NCBI GenBank assembly: GCA_036867785.1
Contig: CP145413.1
Span: forward strand, 1,240,001-1,304,000
Reading direction: 5' to 3'
Source: Plasmodiophora brassicae
Taxonomy: Eukaryota
DNA length: 64,000 nt
The stretch's first letter is position 1, and each line of letters starts with the position of its first letter. Shown here in pieces: positions 12,419 to 27,200 of the stretch. Made by a program: the position numbers and the translations under genes. Below the pieces are notes generated by a model. It saw nothing but the letters and a program-made list of their open reading frames with translations. It was not told the origin of the DNA and ran no database searches.

Positions 12419-12736
12419 CGCATACTTGTTGGCGTGGGTCTCGCCCCCAAGACGCGCGAGTCGCGACGGATGCATCGCCCGCAGCCACACACACGCAAGC
12501 ACGCTTCCCGACGGCAGATCGCGAAAAACACAATACGGCGCACACGGCACGCGCGGCTGGCGGCTGCGGCGCTGTCCTCAGGATCTCGGGGGACCTGTGG
12601 TGGACAAACTCCGATCGAACAAGCGGCGCGCGTCTCCCAAGTCGCCTGAAATAGCCTTTAGTAGCGAGCCTGCGCCGAGACAACGGCAGGCTGGTGCGCT
12701 GCGAAACCCAATGTACATAGGTACTTAATGGGTTTG

Positions 12737-14478
<1,742 letters not shown>

Positions 14479-14785
14479 TGCACTCGCCTCGATATCCGCC
14501 GCTCTCGGGGCGGCCACACCCAGAGCCATCGCCTCGGCAAAATGCCACTATCGGCGTCCATGGTCGGGCGCTCACAGTGATGCAGTCACACCCACACGGC
14601 CCTCGCGACTCTGAAATCATGTCTGCCCCCGGTGCAACCAACAAAAATCATCTAGGGGCCAACGTCTTCTCGGTCGCTAGGCAATCTCCCACAGGCCGGT
14701 GTTACACACTGGACCCGGTGCAGCTCGTTCATTTCGATATTGGTGCGGTTGGGGTTGTTTGGGGATTGGGCGTCGCAGGGTTGGA

Positions 14786-17700
14786 ATGAGGGTCCAGACG
14801 GCTGCTGATGGCAGCATAGAGGGCTCAATTGAGGCTGTGCGGAGAAACGTCGATGCATTGCAAACGGCGGAAATCGAGAACGGTCGCGCTGGTGAGCTCA
14901 TCGACGAGATTACACGCTGGGCGGATCGTAGGGTGGTGGCCTGCCTGCTTGCATACCGACATTGACAGATTTATGCGTCAGGTCTGCAGGCATACACTGC
15001 TCCTCTAGGGTTAGCAGTCTCAAACGTTGTCGAAGACATCGCCATCGATCTGTTCAATTTCACCGCTACGCGAGACAACCTGTCCCTGAAAATCAAGGCA
15101 CACGGTAACCGGCTTGTTTCATTAGATGCTGTTGTTGTGCCGCTGCTGAACATAACCGTCAGTACGATCGCTGTGCTGCATGATCGTATCGTCTCCCGCA
15201 ATATCATGTGAACAATCGCTTGTCGTCAAAATCGCGGTTCAATCTGGGCGAACGTGCATGGAGGCCGGCGACTTCGTCACTGCTGAACAGCATCTATCGC
15301 TTGCATGGAGCCATCTCGAGGCCATGTTTGGTGCATCAGAGTGCACCCTGTCACCTGCGGAATTGTCAGAAACACGTGTAACGGCTAGTAGTGCCTTGGC
15401 GTTGCGGTCAGATGCGGTACGAATGCGCAGGGGTATGCGTCCATGGAAACTGACAAAGATGAGCAGTTGTGGAAACTTGGAAAGCTGGAAATGTCACTTA
15501 GTCAGGCGCAACTGGCACTTGATTTTGTCGATTCATCGCGAGCGTACCAGCTCTACGCGACATTCTACAACCGAGGTATTTGCATGGTCATGTCACGATT
15601 CCAAAGGATTAACTGCTAAAGCAGGCGTCCAACTGTATCAGAAAGGTTTGATCAAAGAGGCAATTGGCTGGCTTGAAATGGTGAGTGCGCATAAACATGT
15701 GGGACCCTGGATCCTGATTTCCTCCAGAGCAATCATGCCCTTCATAAAGACCCGGATCAAAGCAAGATTCTTGATAAGCAGGGGCGCGTTCTTCGAGCGT
15801 TATCCGTGGCCTTAAACGACCTTGATGACCTTGACAAGGCCCTCGATACTGTTGAACGAAGTCTCGAACTTGTCAATGACGATGTCGATTCGCTTTTCTT
15901 ACGCACACAGATCCTAATTAAGTCGAAGGTAATCTGGATGCGGATTCGCTGTCCACATGCAGCTATCAATGAAATCCATGGTCTGCTCATATAGAAGTTC
16001 GACGCAGCCAGTGAGAGCTTGAGCCGAACGATCCAGCATTCCGGTTGTGGCCTGAAGATGTCGGTATCATTGCACCTCAACGTTTTCCTTTACTGAATAC
16101 GATATCCCAGGGGTACTGCGTTGTGTCGACTCTTGGCAGAGTCAGGGTGTCCAGCTTCCAGTGTCCGTGGATATGACGAGCTGCTGGAGAAGTTTCCTGG
16201 GGAGTGCCAGCTACGAATTGGGAAACTCCGATGCCTTATGAGAACAGCAGATTTTGACCAAGCCGCCATTGTTTCTGATCAGCGTACATAGCAGATGCGC
16301 TTTCCTAACGTCGTTCGCATATAACTCATTGGTGGACAGTGATCGCCGACCATATTTCAGGTCGCCACGAGCTGACCAAAGAAGACCATGATTCGCTTCG
16401 TCGCATTATCAATAACATCGCTGTCCAGTTCTTTGAGGTACGCATGAGAACTCGGCGCTCTAAACTAGACGGAATTCGACAAGTCTGTCGTACAGGATAA
16501 GAAGTATGTGGCATGCGCTGACTGGATTGGGAAAAGCGAGCGCTTGTCAACTGCAAGCGACCTTGATCAGACCAGCGCAACTCAGCTTTGCCTGTGCGCC
16601 ATGTCAATGGTCCACTTCGACGCCGGTAACATAGGTAGGAGGGCAACGAATTCGGTTCACGGTTTGGAAATCACTGATTGTAGGATTCTAGAGGAATCGT
16701 TACGGTTTGCACGAAAAGCGGCCGCCCTGCTGGATTCAGCGGTTCCCGACCTACTAGTTGCCAGGTGCTGTATCGCTCTCCATAACGAAGATGAAGGTTT
16801 TGTCAGCGGTTAAACGGACTGTTGAATAATAACTCTGCTCGTTATAGCAAAGCAAAGAATTGAAAATGCTCTCCGTTCAAGCCCTATTGACCAGTCGCTT
16901 GTTGCTGTTATCATGGCGGAATCTGTCAACGTCAGTTTGAAATTGTCACTGTACAGCCCAACATGTTTACCCGGTAATGACTAGGCGGACATGCTTCCGA
17001 TTGCGATACAGTGTTGTGAGGACATGTTGAAATCCGGTACTACAGCCGAATTCAAACATGTTATGTGCGCGCGTATTCCTTCTGGTATGTGTCTGACGTG
17101 GATTTAAAGGTTCAACTGCTACAATGCGCGCTTCAGCTGCACTTCAACATGATACGTAAATCATCAGATTCGTAAGATGCACAAGTTGCATGACGAAAAC
17201 CGTACCAATCTGCCCGTAGTCCAGACCAGGCATCCTTTGAGCGGGCATCATTTCATCTGCGGAACTGTCTGACTCACGTTCGCGGCGATGGAGAACCAGA
17301 TTGCGAGGCACGGCTGGTGCCATGGTTCGCAAAGATCGCCTGGAACATTGGGTAAGTGGTACTTTTATTCGATGTATTGCTTGGGTCAATCACCATTACC
17401 AGAGTAATTGCAGCCCAGCATGACAAGTTCAGAGAGTGCTGCGAATTGTTTTCGACTGCATCTGACCTGTTCAAGGTGGCGCGTGGGTGGCGTCTCTCCT
17501 TATCGCCCTTGTATTGAAAGGCATGCGGCATGTCGTAGATGCTTCCCGATTGTACGGACGGTGAAACACTTAATCGTATACGGCTGTCACTTTGCATGGC
17601 CGCTAGTGCTGCTGTACACAGTGCCTGGAGTTTGAAGGACGATCAGAACACGTCAGGGAGCGCTATTGTCACATGCCAAACGGCAACACGGCTTCTGCGA

Positions 17701-18483
17701 GAGTTCTCGTCGACGTTAGTGATGAGTGGACCGGACAGTTTACTGACCAACCTGTGTCCAATGGTCCATGTTCTCGAATTTCAAGTCAAGCTTCTTATGC
17801 GGGATCCCAACCTAGTTGTTCATGTCAAAGTCGGTCAATACGCCTCGAAGTGGTAACGCCCGCGTACTGACATTACGTTTCAGTCATCCCGCAAAGTCAA
17901 TGGGTGGAAACCCTCAATGTTTGATGACCTTGCGTCACTTGCCCTTTTGCCACCATTCAACCGACGAGATGGTATGTATAGCAGTTTTCTTGGATGTTAG
18001 CTTCTTAATGGCACGTCGCAGCGGCCCTAGCTGCTGTCAGAGAGCGCCTCACTGAAGAGTTGCAGATGGTCGATCGAGCTGTGGGGCACACAATAGATAT
18101 CGTAGTCGTTGCGAAACTTATTCGACAGTTGATTGCGATGACTGAAAACATGGAGTCTCAAATGTCTCTCTTCGATGAAGCCATCAAGCTCAAGATGAAC
18201 CAGCATACGTCGTCGTATCCAAAGCTGGAGGCCCATTGGATAATAGCTCGTGCCTGGAATAATGGCGTTCTTTCGTTCAGGTTAGACCTGGCGAGAGTGG
18301 ATACCGGAACACCTAACAACCTCTCTGTGTAGAGGCGGCCGCCTACTCGACGCTGAGCGTTGGATGTCTCGGTCCATTCAAATGCTGGACATCTTCATTG
18401 ATCCTGACGAGGCTGGAGCGAAAAAACAAGAAATGTTGAGGTCGCACGCGTATGTCATGAGCCGAATTCAAAGCGCTAAATAA
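14786..18483 (+). CDS. TEX11: Meiotic TPR protein ZIP4/SPO22/TEX11-like (many short introns)
   Basis: Helical TPR-like exons; the C-terminal YPKLEAHWIIARAWNNGV..AERWMS matches the TEX11/Zip4 C-terminal motif. Exon boundaries are approximate. Confidence 0.7.
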
Positions 18484-18577
18484 TGTACGATTTGCCGAGT
18501 CCTTCCATACCAGATATCGAAGTATTCTCGCCCGTTCCAGGTTGGCATCGCGACAGTACTGTATTGATGAAGACGGA

Positions 18578-21500
18578 TCACTCCCAAGTGAAGCGGATGG
18601 TCGGATTGCCGGGCGCGGCTCTGCCGGTATCATCGAAGGTCACGGCGACTGGGTTAGTCAGGTGAATACCGTGGATCATCATGGAAATATTCTGCTCCAG
18701 GAGCTGACGCTCGTCGAAAGGCATTTCGGTCGCAAGAGCTTGACGCCCTGCAAAGTCGTTAGCACGAACCAATGCAATACCATAACTGGTTGACCCACCT
18801 TTGGATTTCACTTCATCAACAACACCGATAGCGAACTTTGTTGCACGCTTGAGGTTTGCCTTCAGTTCAGGATCGCGAGTAAACACGTCCTTGATATCCC
18901 TGGAAACGCGGCCCAAGTCAACCGGTTTGGACGGATCCTAGGCTACTTCAGCACACACGAGAAATGGTGTCAATCACCTGACGCCCTACCTCCTGATATA
19001 TCGCCTCGATCCGTTTCAGGACAGTTTTCTGCCACGCAGGATACTCACGAGCAACCTGCGGCACGATGCTGTTACCAACCCTTGTTGCAATCGACATTGG
19101 TGGTATGCTCACGTAGAATGTCAACGTAGACGGGTGAGTCGTAGGCGCGGGACCCTTCTTGGGTTGCATGGCTTCGCCAAATTTGACATTGACAGCACGG
19201 GTGACCTCCTGCAGGTACTTGGCAATTGCGGAAACCTCCAAGTCCACCTCGTCTGCCGTTGGCCACGGTGCATCGATGATCTTGTATGGCGAACACATCG
19301 TCAGCATCACCCACTCTACAAATCTCATGGCATACCATTCCAGAGTGCCCAGCGATGCGCCAGATCTCTTCAGCCGTGTGCGGGCAAATAGGCGCAATCA
19401 GCAACGCAAAGACGTCAACGTACCGACGAAGCAAGTCGCTGTTCATCTTCGACGCATCTTCACCGAAGCTGGCGCGGTACAGGTCACGAGCGTTCAGTAG
19501 ATCGAAGAAACCGTGCTAAATAGAATGCGACGTTAGATTCGACCGATGTGGCCTCCAGTTGAACCACCTTAAGCGCAACGCGGAAATGCATCCGAGCAAA
19601 AGCCTTGTCGGCCGCATGTATGCACTCGTTGATGCTGTAACAACCCCATGAGCAGAAGCGATCGCGAAACTCATTCACCTTTACCGGTTATTGAAAATCT
19701 TGTCAACCAGCGAGAACTCCCTTCGAGTCGCCGGCTCAGCGTTGATGCGATCAAACGTCTCCTGGATCCAGTCAAGCTCCTTTGTGAGCTTCAGAATCGC
19801 GCTGTCACCAGTGTGCACAAGCGAGACGTTGGCGTCATCCAGCGTGTCACCAGCATCAGCAAGAGCGAGTCTACACGATGTATCAGAAGAGTATACCAGA
19901 CGCATCCGAACGAAAAGCCATTACCGAGTTGGATCTGTACCGTACTGCTTGCAGGCGTCGACCATGGTGATGAAGTTGCCAGTCGACTTGGACATCTTTT
20001 CATCGTTCAGCATGGCGTGCCCGTTCGTGTAAAACGAACGCGGCCAGAGCGCAGGCTCAGACTTCCACATCGCCGCATGGTTGTACAATGACATCGTCAG
20101 GTGGTTGCCGATGAGGTCCTTGCCAGAGCATCGCAGGTCGACCGGGTAGAAGTAACGGAACTCCCTGCGCATACGATGCAGGACATCGACAGAGATATCG
20201 CATTCCGGAGGGATCCCAGCGTCTTCGTTCTCGGATTTGAAGATGTAATCGAAGACGGCATCGGTCAGCTGTTCGGGACGAACGACCGTGGCAGGCGTCT
20301 GGCTCCCGTTGAGGACTCCATGCTGAAGGATGTGCGCAATCGTATAGTACGCCATATAGATCGTCGAATCACTCAGCGACTCGATCACGAATTTGGGATC
20401 GAACGGCAGCGGTGTACCCAAGCCGAACGAACGAGAGCATGCCCACTCCTTGAGCCAGTTCACAACGTGGATGAACTGCTCCTTCGCGATATCATTGTAC
20501 GTTTCCAAACGCTCTCGGACATGCTTCTCAACGTCCTTGCGCCAGTTCTCCTCGCCGTACTCTTCGAACCACTGGTCCGTCTTGGCAACAACGCACTCGT
20601 TCCCAGAACGGGCAATGACTTCACGTTCAGGTTCACTAGAACATACGTAATTCAGCGAAGAGCAGGATGTGTGCGCGTATATGCGGATCGCACGAGTATG
20701 AGAACGCCTGGCCCTTGCTGATCATGTCGGCTTTCACGATCGGCTTGGCAATTTCAACGGGCTGTCCAGCACACATGCCAACGAGCATTGTACCCTCGTA
20801 GAATCCTGATCGAATGCAGTGAGGTTAACCGGAACGAAGAGACCGTACAGCGCCTCATACCTTGCTTGTAGACCTCGAGTTTCGCCTCAGCAAGCTTCTT
20901 GCTGTCGTACTGGTTCGCAATCTTCATCTTTTCGCACATGAACTTTGCAGCCCGGTCGCCAAGGGATGGCGTTCGAATGATGGCCGGGGCTTCAAGCGAA
21001 ACCATCTGTGATACGATTAAATATGGAGTTGAGATCGTAGCATAACAACGATGGCAAGCAGACCTCCAGCGTTACGTGATACTTCACGCGGAACGCTTCG
21101 TCCTTGCGAAGATCCTCGAGGGCAGTGTAGTCGTCGGGACTGTCCGAAGGAACCGAAGTAACGATGCCGGTGCCTGGATCGAATCGATTAGCACAGTCCC
21201 AACGACGACTAGGGGCTGGTCGGCACTGCACCCTTGTTCATTTTGATCGTGAGAAGGGGCAGCATGTAAATAACGTCGTGGATGGCGTTAGGAGCCTTGA
21301 CAGCCGCTCCAAGCAGGTCCCAGCCCTTGAGAACGCACAGCGTCTCCACTTTGCCGAACGGCGTCGGCAACAGTTCCTGGTAACTCATGTTCGCGGCCGC
21401 ACGAGCACTGCAGACCCAGATCTCGCTGTTCGGCCCACGAATGCAACTATAGTCACCATGTGGCAGCACCCAGGCATTTGTCTAAACAAAGCAACGTTTA

Positions 21501-22736
21501 GGAAGGCCAGAACGTCCACTACACGTATCCCGGTGCTGACCTGGCCGTACATGGTCTCTGGACGGAGAGTCGCACAGAGAAGGAATACACCGGAATGCGA
21601 CGGCTCGTCGACAAACGACTGAAGCGCAGGTGGCGGCTTCGACACCAAACGCAATTTGATCGCAGTGTACTCTTGCGGGACAACTCCCTCGCCAGAGGCA
21701 CGATCATGGTCGGCGCACGGCTGGTTTTCGTTCGGCGAGAAGATCGACAGGCGCTTGCCGAACATGATCTTGCCGAGCCGTTTCAGCGTGTTGAATTGCC
21801 AGCGAATAAACGCGTCAAAGTACGGGTTCACATCTACGGTGATCATGAGGACGCCGACACCAGGCTATTGTCACAACCGCGTCTTACTCGTTGTGATAAA
21901 CGAACGTCGGAAGTCGGCCTTGATGCCGAAACGTTTCAGGTGCTCGATGGCAATCGGCGGGAAGTGAGCGAGCCAGGTTTTCGGGTCGGCGAATGATGCG
22001 ATCATTTCCGGCGGGACGCCAATCTCCTCCATGATTTGCCACTGCAACGGACATATTACTGAACCGCTGAGGACGTAACGCAGACGACACCGACCTGATA
22101 CCGGTTCTTGGAGGACTTCTTCGACAGCTTGCCCTTCTTCTTCGGGGCGCTCGCTGCGACTTCAGGGGCGGCGATAGCGTCTTCGGAAGCATCATCGCCA
22201 TCATCGGTTGGGAACTCAGGCGGGTTCCCGAAGGCTTCGATTTCGCGGCGAAGCTTCTCTGCGCAGGCGGCGATCGGCATGCCTGTGCAGTGGAAACCGA
22301 ACGGAAACAGGACACGACGACCCTTCATGCGCTGTACGGGTGTCAACGGCAACGTTCCGAAACGTGGACGCGATGAAAGAACCTGGTAGCCGGCTGCGAA
22401 TTCGGCTTTGGACAACGAGAACGCATGACCCAGGTGAAGAATGCCGTTCATGTCTGTAACAAGGGTGTGTTTCAGTGGTAAGCCATACCAGGGGGGAATA
22501 GTGACATATTACGTACATGGGAACGGGAACGTCACCATGAATTTCTCCTGAAGAGGATCACCAGGCTCTGGGGCGTCCACCTCGAACGACTTGTTCTGCT
22601 CCCATTTCTCCTGCGCGATCTTTTCTAACGCGATCAAGCGGTCGCGCCGATCGAAGCTCTGAACGGGCATGTCAGAATACGTCGGCCTGGGCACCTGTTC
22701 CCATTCCCCCCGCAGCACCTGCTTCTCTTCCGTCAT
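18578..22736 (-). CDS. LARS1: Cytoplasmic leucyl-tRNA synthetase
   Basis: FPFP(Y)MNGILHLGH (HIGH motif), [48 protein letters not shown] and KMSKS. Confidence 0.96.
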
Positions 22737-22883
22737 CGCCGCGTTTGCACCACGACCGTGTCAGTCTGCAGCCGGCGTTAACTCCGGACCGGACTCCGTG
22801 GGGCGCCGCGTCCCCTGTCCACTGGTGCTATTTTTGCGCTGTCCCAAGTCGGGGTGTCGTGAGCAGGTGTGGTCGTGGCCGGC

Positions 22884-23353
22884 ATTATCGCGATTCCAAC
22901 GCTCTATGTACTTGGCCGGGAGCGCAGGGCTAACAGCCACATTCTGTCGTTGACCCCGAATTGGGAGCCGGTTTTCGTTGAGAACCTGCGCAACGCTCGG
23001 CGGGTCGCTCTCGATGACGGGAGCAGTTGATCTATCTCGCGGAGCGCGGCACGCCTCCAAGCCCGGCGTTCGAGCAATTGGGGCAGTTGCTGCAAGCGCA
23101 TGTGCCTCATTTGGCACATACGATGATCTCGTTGCTGCACCAGGTCGTTTTAAGGCGACTAGGCAACGCGCCACGTCGCTATATTCAGCAAGCGATCTGT
23201 CAGCAGCCTGTCTGCGGCGGGCACCTGCCATCGAGAGCGATCCGCCGAGCGTTGCGCAGGTTCTCAATGAAGATCGGCTCCCACTTCGGTGTCAACGACA
23301 GTATGTGGCTGTTAGCCGCGCCCGGGCAAGTAGAGCTTTGGAATCGCGATAAT
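22884..23353. repeat. Long imperfect inverted repeat (fold-back, ~470 nt)
   Basis: 22884-23024 is the reverse complement of 23221-23353, with a perfect 26-bp core (22978-23003/23242-23267) and a central mini-hairpin atgtgcc-tcattt-ggcacat at 23100-23119. Confidence 0.92.
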
Positions 23354-23520
23354 ACAATTCCGCGTTCTTGAGTGTCTTGTGGCGCGCCGCTCTGTAGACC
23401 AGGTCGACGTGCAACTGGCTTGTGCCAGGCTTGTACTTCCCGTGCTGTTCGGCGCAGAACGCGAAACGACGACTGGCGCGGACGTTCCTGGGAATGTGCA
23501 ACGAAACAATGCGCCGTTTT
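23221..23520 (-). mobile_element. Degenerate tyrosine-recombinase-like coding fragment (possible YR-element relic)
   Basis: Frameshifted translation KTAHCF..DLVYRAARHKTLKNAELYYRDS resembles the C-terminal His...Tyr catalytic region of tyrosine recombinases. Based on remembered motifs only. Confidence 0.35.
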
Positions 23521-23589
23521 ACTGCGGCGTTACTCGTACGTCGGAATGTGGCACGGGGGTAGCATCGACAGGTTCATCGTCATTTTTGG

Positions 23590-24183
23590 ATGCTGCTGGT
23601 TGTGCTCCTCGCCGCTGTCGTTTGGGTTGTCGTGGCGGTGTCGTGGAGCCGCAGGCCGCGCCACCGGGACGATGCGGGGACGATCGTGACGCTGGCCGTG
23701 CTGGGGTCCGGTGGGCACACGTCCGAGTTGCTGACGGTGATGAAGGGTATGGACCGGGGCCGGTACCGCCCTCTGCATTACGTCGTCGCGGATACGGACC
23801 GGACCAGCCAGGGCCGTGTCCTCGATCAGGACGCGGTCGTGCATCTCCTGCCTCGCAGTCGCCATGTTGGGCAGTCGTTCCTGAGCGCCGTTCCCACGAC
23901 ACTGGTCGCTATACTCGCGGCGATCCGCCTCGTGCTCTCGGTTCGACCGGAACTGGTACTTTGCAATGGGCCCGGGACATGCGTTCCAATCTGCATTGCA
24001 GCGGTCGCCTCGCGCCTGCTTGGTCGTTCCTGTCATATCGTGTTCATCGAGAGCTTCTGTCGCGTCCGGACCCTGTCCCTATCCGGGCGTATCATGTATC
24101 ACGTCGCAGCGTCGTTCTACGTCCAATGGCCGACACTGCAGGCACGATATCCTCGTGCGAAATACATCGGCTTGCTGTGCTGA
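23590..24183 (+). CDS. ALG14: UDP-GlcNAc transferase subunit ALG14
   Basis: N-terminal TM, VLGSGGHTSE, RSRHVGQS, LCNGPGTCVP, FIESFCRVRTLSLSG and VQWP. Confidence 0.95.
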   Translation: MLLVVLLAAVVWVVVAVSWSRRPRHRDDAGTIVTLAVLGSGGHTSELLTVMKGMDRGRYRPLHYVVADTDRTSQGRVLDQDAVVHLLPRSRHVGQSFLSAVPTTLVAILAAIRLVLSVRPELVLCNGPGTCVPICIAAVASRLLGRSCHIVFIESFCRVRTLSLSGRIMYHVAASFYVQWPTLQARYPRAKYIGLLC

Positions 24184-24281
24184 TCGCCGTCCGTCGGCTG
24201 CCAAGATATCTGGCGCCGATCGCCCCGACCCGTACGCTCGTCGATCGATCTCTTGGAGAATCCCCAGGAGTCGTATGCAGT

Positions 24282-27200
24282 ATGGACGACGAGCATGACG
24301 AGGCGCTGAACGACGGCGAAGACGCTGTCGCGCCCGAAGAGTCAGCTCCCGTTGTTGCACCTGGGCAGAAGTCGTCGTTTGCGTCCAAGATCTCCATCGA
24401 CGCCTTATGCTCCTATGTGCCCGCATCCATCATCCGGTTCTTGCAGGAGAACGCGAGCAGCGACAAATCGCACATGGTTGCTCCGTTTAGACACAGTTAC
24501 GAGACGGTCGTGCTGTTCGCCGACGTCTCCGGCTTCACCGACCTCAGCGAGCGCCTCGCGATGAAGGGTCGTGAGGGTTCCGAACAGCTCGCCAAGCACC
24601 TGAACTCGTATTTCGAGCAGTTAGTTCGCGTCATCGCTAGCCAGGGCGGCGACGTCTTCAAGTTCGCCGGCGACGCCTTGCTTGTCCTGTGGCCACCCAG
24701 CGACGACGATCTGTGTACTGTGACGCGGCGAGCGGTGCAGAGTGCGCTGGAGATCCAGCGGAAGATGCACAGTGCCAAACTGCAGGAAGACGTCGTCCTG
24801 AGCGTTAAGCTGGGCATCGGCGTCGGGACATGCTCCATTGTGCATGTCGGAGGCGTTCTTTCCCGAATGGAATACCTTGCCACCGGATCGCCGCTGATCC
24901 AGGCGTTCGCGTCTGAGCACAAGGCCGTTGCCGGCCAGGTCGTGTGCTCGCCAGAGGCGTGGCACATCATCAAGGATCATTTCGCCGCGCAGATCATTCC
25001 GTCGGGCCACGCGTTCATCGACCGTTGCTCCGACCGCCTGCGCAAGGTCGGCATCGTCAAGACGGCGAACCTTGACATCATTAACGACGTCCACCTGATT
25101 GAGTCCATCTCGAACTATGTCCCGGGCGCCGTCCTACCGTTCCTGAATGCCAGCGAAGAACGCTGGGCCTCTGAGCTGCGCCATGTTGCGGTCATATTCG
25201 CCAACCTCGGGTTCACGGAAGCCCAGCTTGCCAAGATCGCTAGCGAGGAGACGACGAATGACCTGGACCGCGTCCAATCCGTCATCTTCTCCGTTCAAAC
25301 GGCGATCTACCAGTACGAGGGATCGGTGAACAAGTTCCTGCTGGACGATAAGGGTTCGACTCTGCTGGCCGTGTTCGGCCTGCCGCCTGTCGCCCACGAG
25401 GACGACTCGGCCAGAGCGATTCTGGCCTCGCTCGTCATCTGCAACCAGCTGTCCAAACTGGGCGTCGTCCCGGCGATCGGAATCACGACTGGGACGGCCT
25501 TCTGTGGCGTGGTCGGCAGCCGCTCCCGTCGCGAGTATTCCGTCCTCGGCGATGTCGTCAACTTGTCAGCGCGCCTCATGCAGTACGCCAAGACGCAAGG
25601 CGGGGGCGTCCTGGTCGACCACACCACGCAGTACTCGGCCCGCGATTGCATCGCGTTCGAAGGGCTGACGAGCATCATGGTCAAGGGCAAGAAGGACTTC
25701 GTGAAAGTGTTCTCGCCCATCGCGTCCAGCGTTGCGCCACATGGGATCTGGAACCAGCACAGGAACGACAAGGCGTCGACGGTGGCACGTGCGGCCACCA
25801 TTGTGCATTCGCAGCACAACCCGCATGCCGAACTGTCGCGAACGTTGGCCGGTGGCAGTACGACGCCATTGTCCCCGGCGACGACCAGCCCGACGTCGAC
25901 CGTCCCGGTGGATTGCACATCGATGACGTTGCCCCAGATCCCATCCCTGTCGAACCTGTGGGAAAAGTTCCCTCCCAGGGACGCCGGCGAGGTCAGCACC
26001 ATCACGGTCGAACGGACCATCAACACGGGCGATTGGGGCCCACCGAAATCCGACGATAGTCTTCGTCTCGGGTCGTCTGGTGCTGCTGACGTCGATGTTG
26101 GCGCATCCATGACGCCTGCTGGAGGCGTCACGGCGCCGGTGGACACTTCTAGTGGCTTGCCGTCCAGTGATCCAACTGCTGTTAGTGTTGGCAGAGGGGC
26201 CGGGAACGTCCACCGAGGAGGACCAGGGGACGACCCGCCTGCTCCAACAGTGGATGACGCGGCCTGGCTGGAGCACACGAAGACGTGGATCGAGGACGAT
26301 GACGATATGCATTTCGAGGCGCCGACCCCCATCTTCCCGGCAGCGGTGCCCGCGTCGCCTCAGACGCCGATGAGCGAATCCGAAATGTGGTCTCGTACCA
26401 TGGACCGTGTCGCGGCCAACGCCCCGCTCCTGTCCGTCCTGCCGCAGTCGCGACTGAACACCTCGTCGTTCTCATCGCAGCGTACCCTGGGGTCGTCGTC
26501 CGAGAACGCGTCGCAGGACGAATCGACGTCCCCGTGGGAAGACGGAGCGTCCAGCGATTACCGGCTTCGAAGTTCGGATTCGCATCCTCCGGCACCTCAG
26601 TTCGCGGCGGATGCACCACACCCGTATAAGACGGCCAGGTTCCAGCTCCAGGACCGGGGGTACATCACGCTGGACGTCACTCGATTGCAGACGGTCCTGC
26701 AGGTCAAGGAGCGTTTGTTCGAGAGCCTACATCGCAAGCACTTTGTGGCGCCGAACGCGAACATGGACCAGTACGCGTTGCACATTGGCGACCGAAACGC
26801 GTTGCTTCAGAACGAGAACGTGACGCTGGCGTTGCTGCCTCGCGTAATCAGCAACATGCCCGGGCCGATGCTCGACATCGTCCTGACACGCAAGGCCGAC
26901 TTCGACGAGCACCTGCCTGGGCAGGACGGTGTGAGCGCCGCTGACGTCGGAATGGCCATCTCCAAGGCGATGCAGAGCCTGATTCGGACGCGCGACCGCG
27001 CGACCATCATTCTGGAGGGCGAGGCGGGCTATGGAAAATCGCGCCTCCTGTCCCAGGTGGTTCGCGAAGCGCCCGCATACGTCCTGTTCCGGGCGGCGAA
27101 CCCGCTCGAATCGAAGACGCCTCTCGGTATCTGGCGCGAGTTCTTCATGCGCCTGATCGACATGGAGATCGCGAACAAATCCTTCGACCACCCTGCAGAA

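Noticed and set aside
18483-18793. Possible extra ZIP4 exon overlapping the LeuRS 3' end
   Set aside because: The unspliced frame ends naturally at the TAA at 18481-18483, so no overlap is needed.
22884-23353. SRP RNA as the identity of the long hairpin
   Set aside because: No GNRA-capped helix 8 or Alu motif was found, and the arms look like duplicated coding sequence.
23379-24281. 5' extension of the 2887-aa ORF overlapping ALG14 in another frame
   Set aside because: It has a non-ATG start, the translation is an Arg/Pro-rich shadow of ALG14, and the plausible start is the ATG at 24282.
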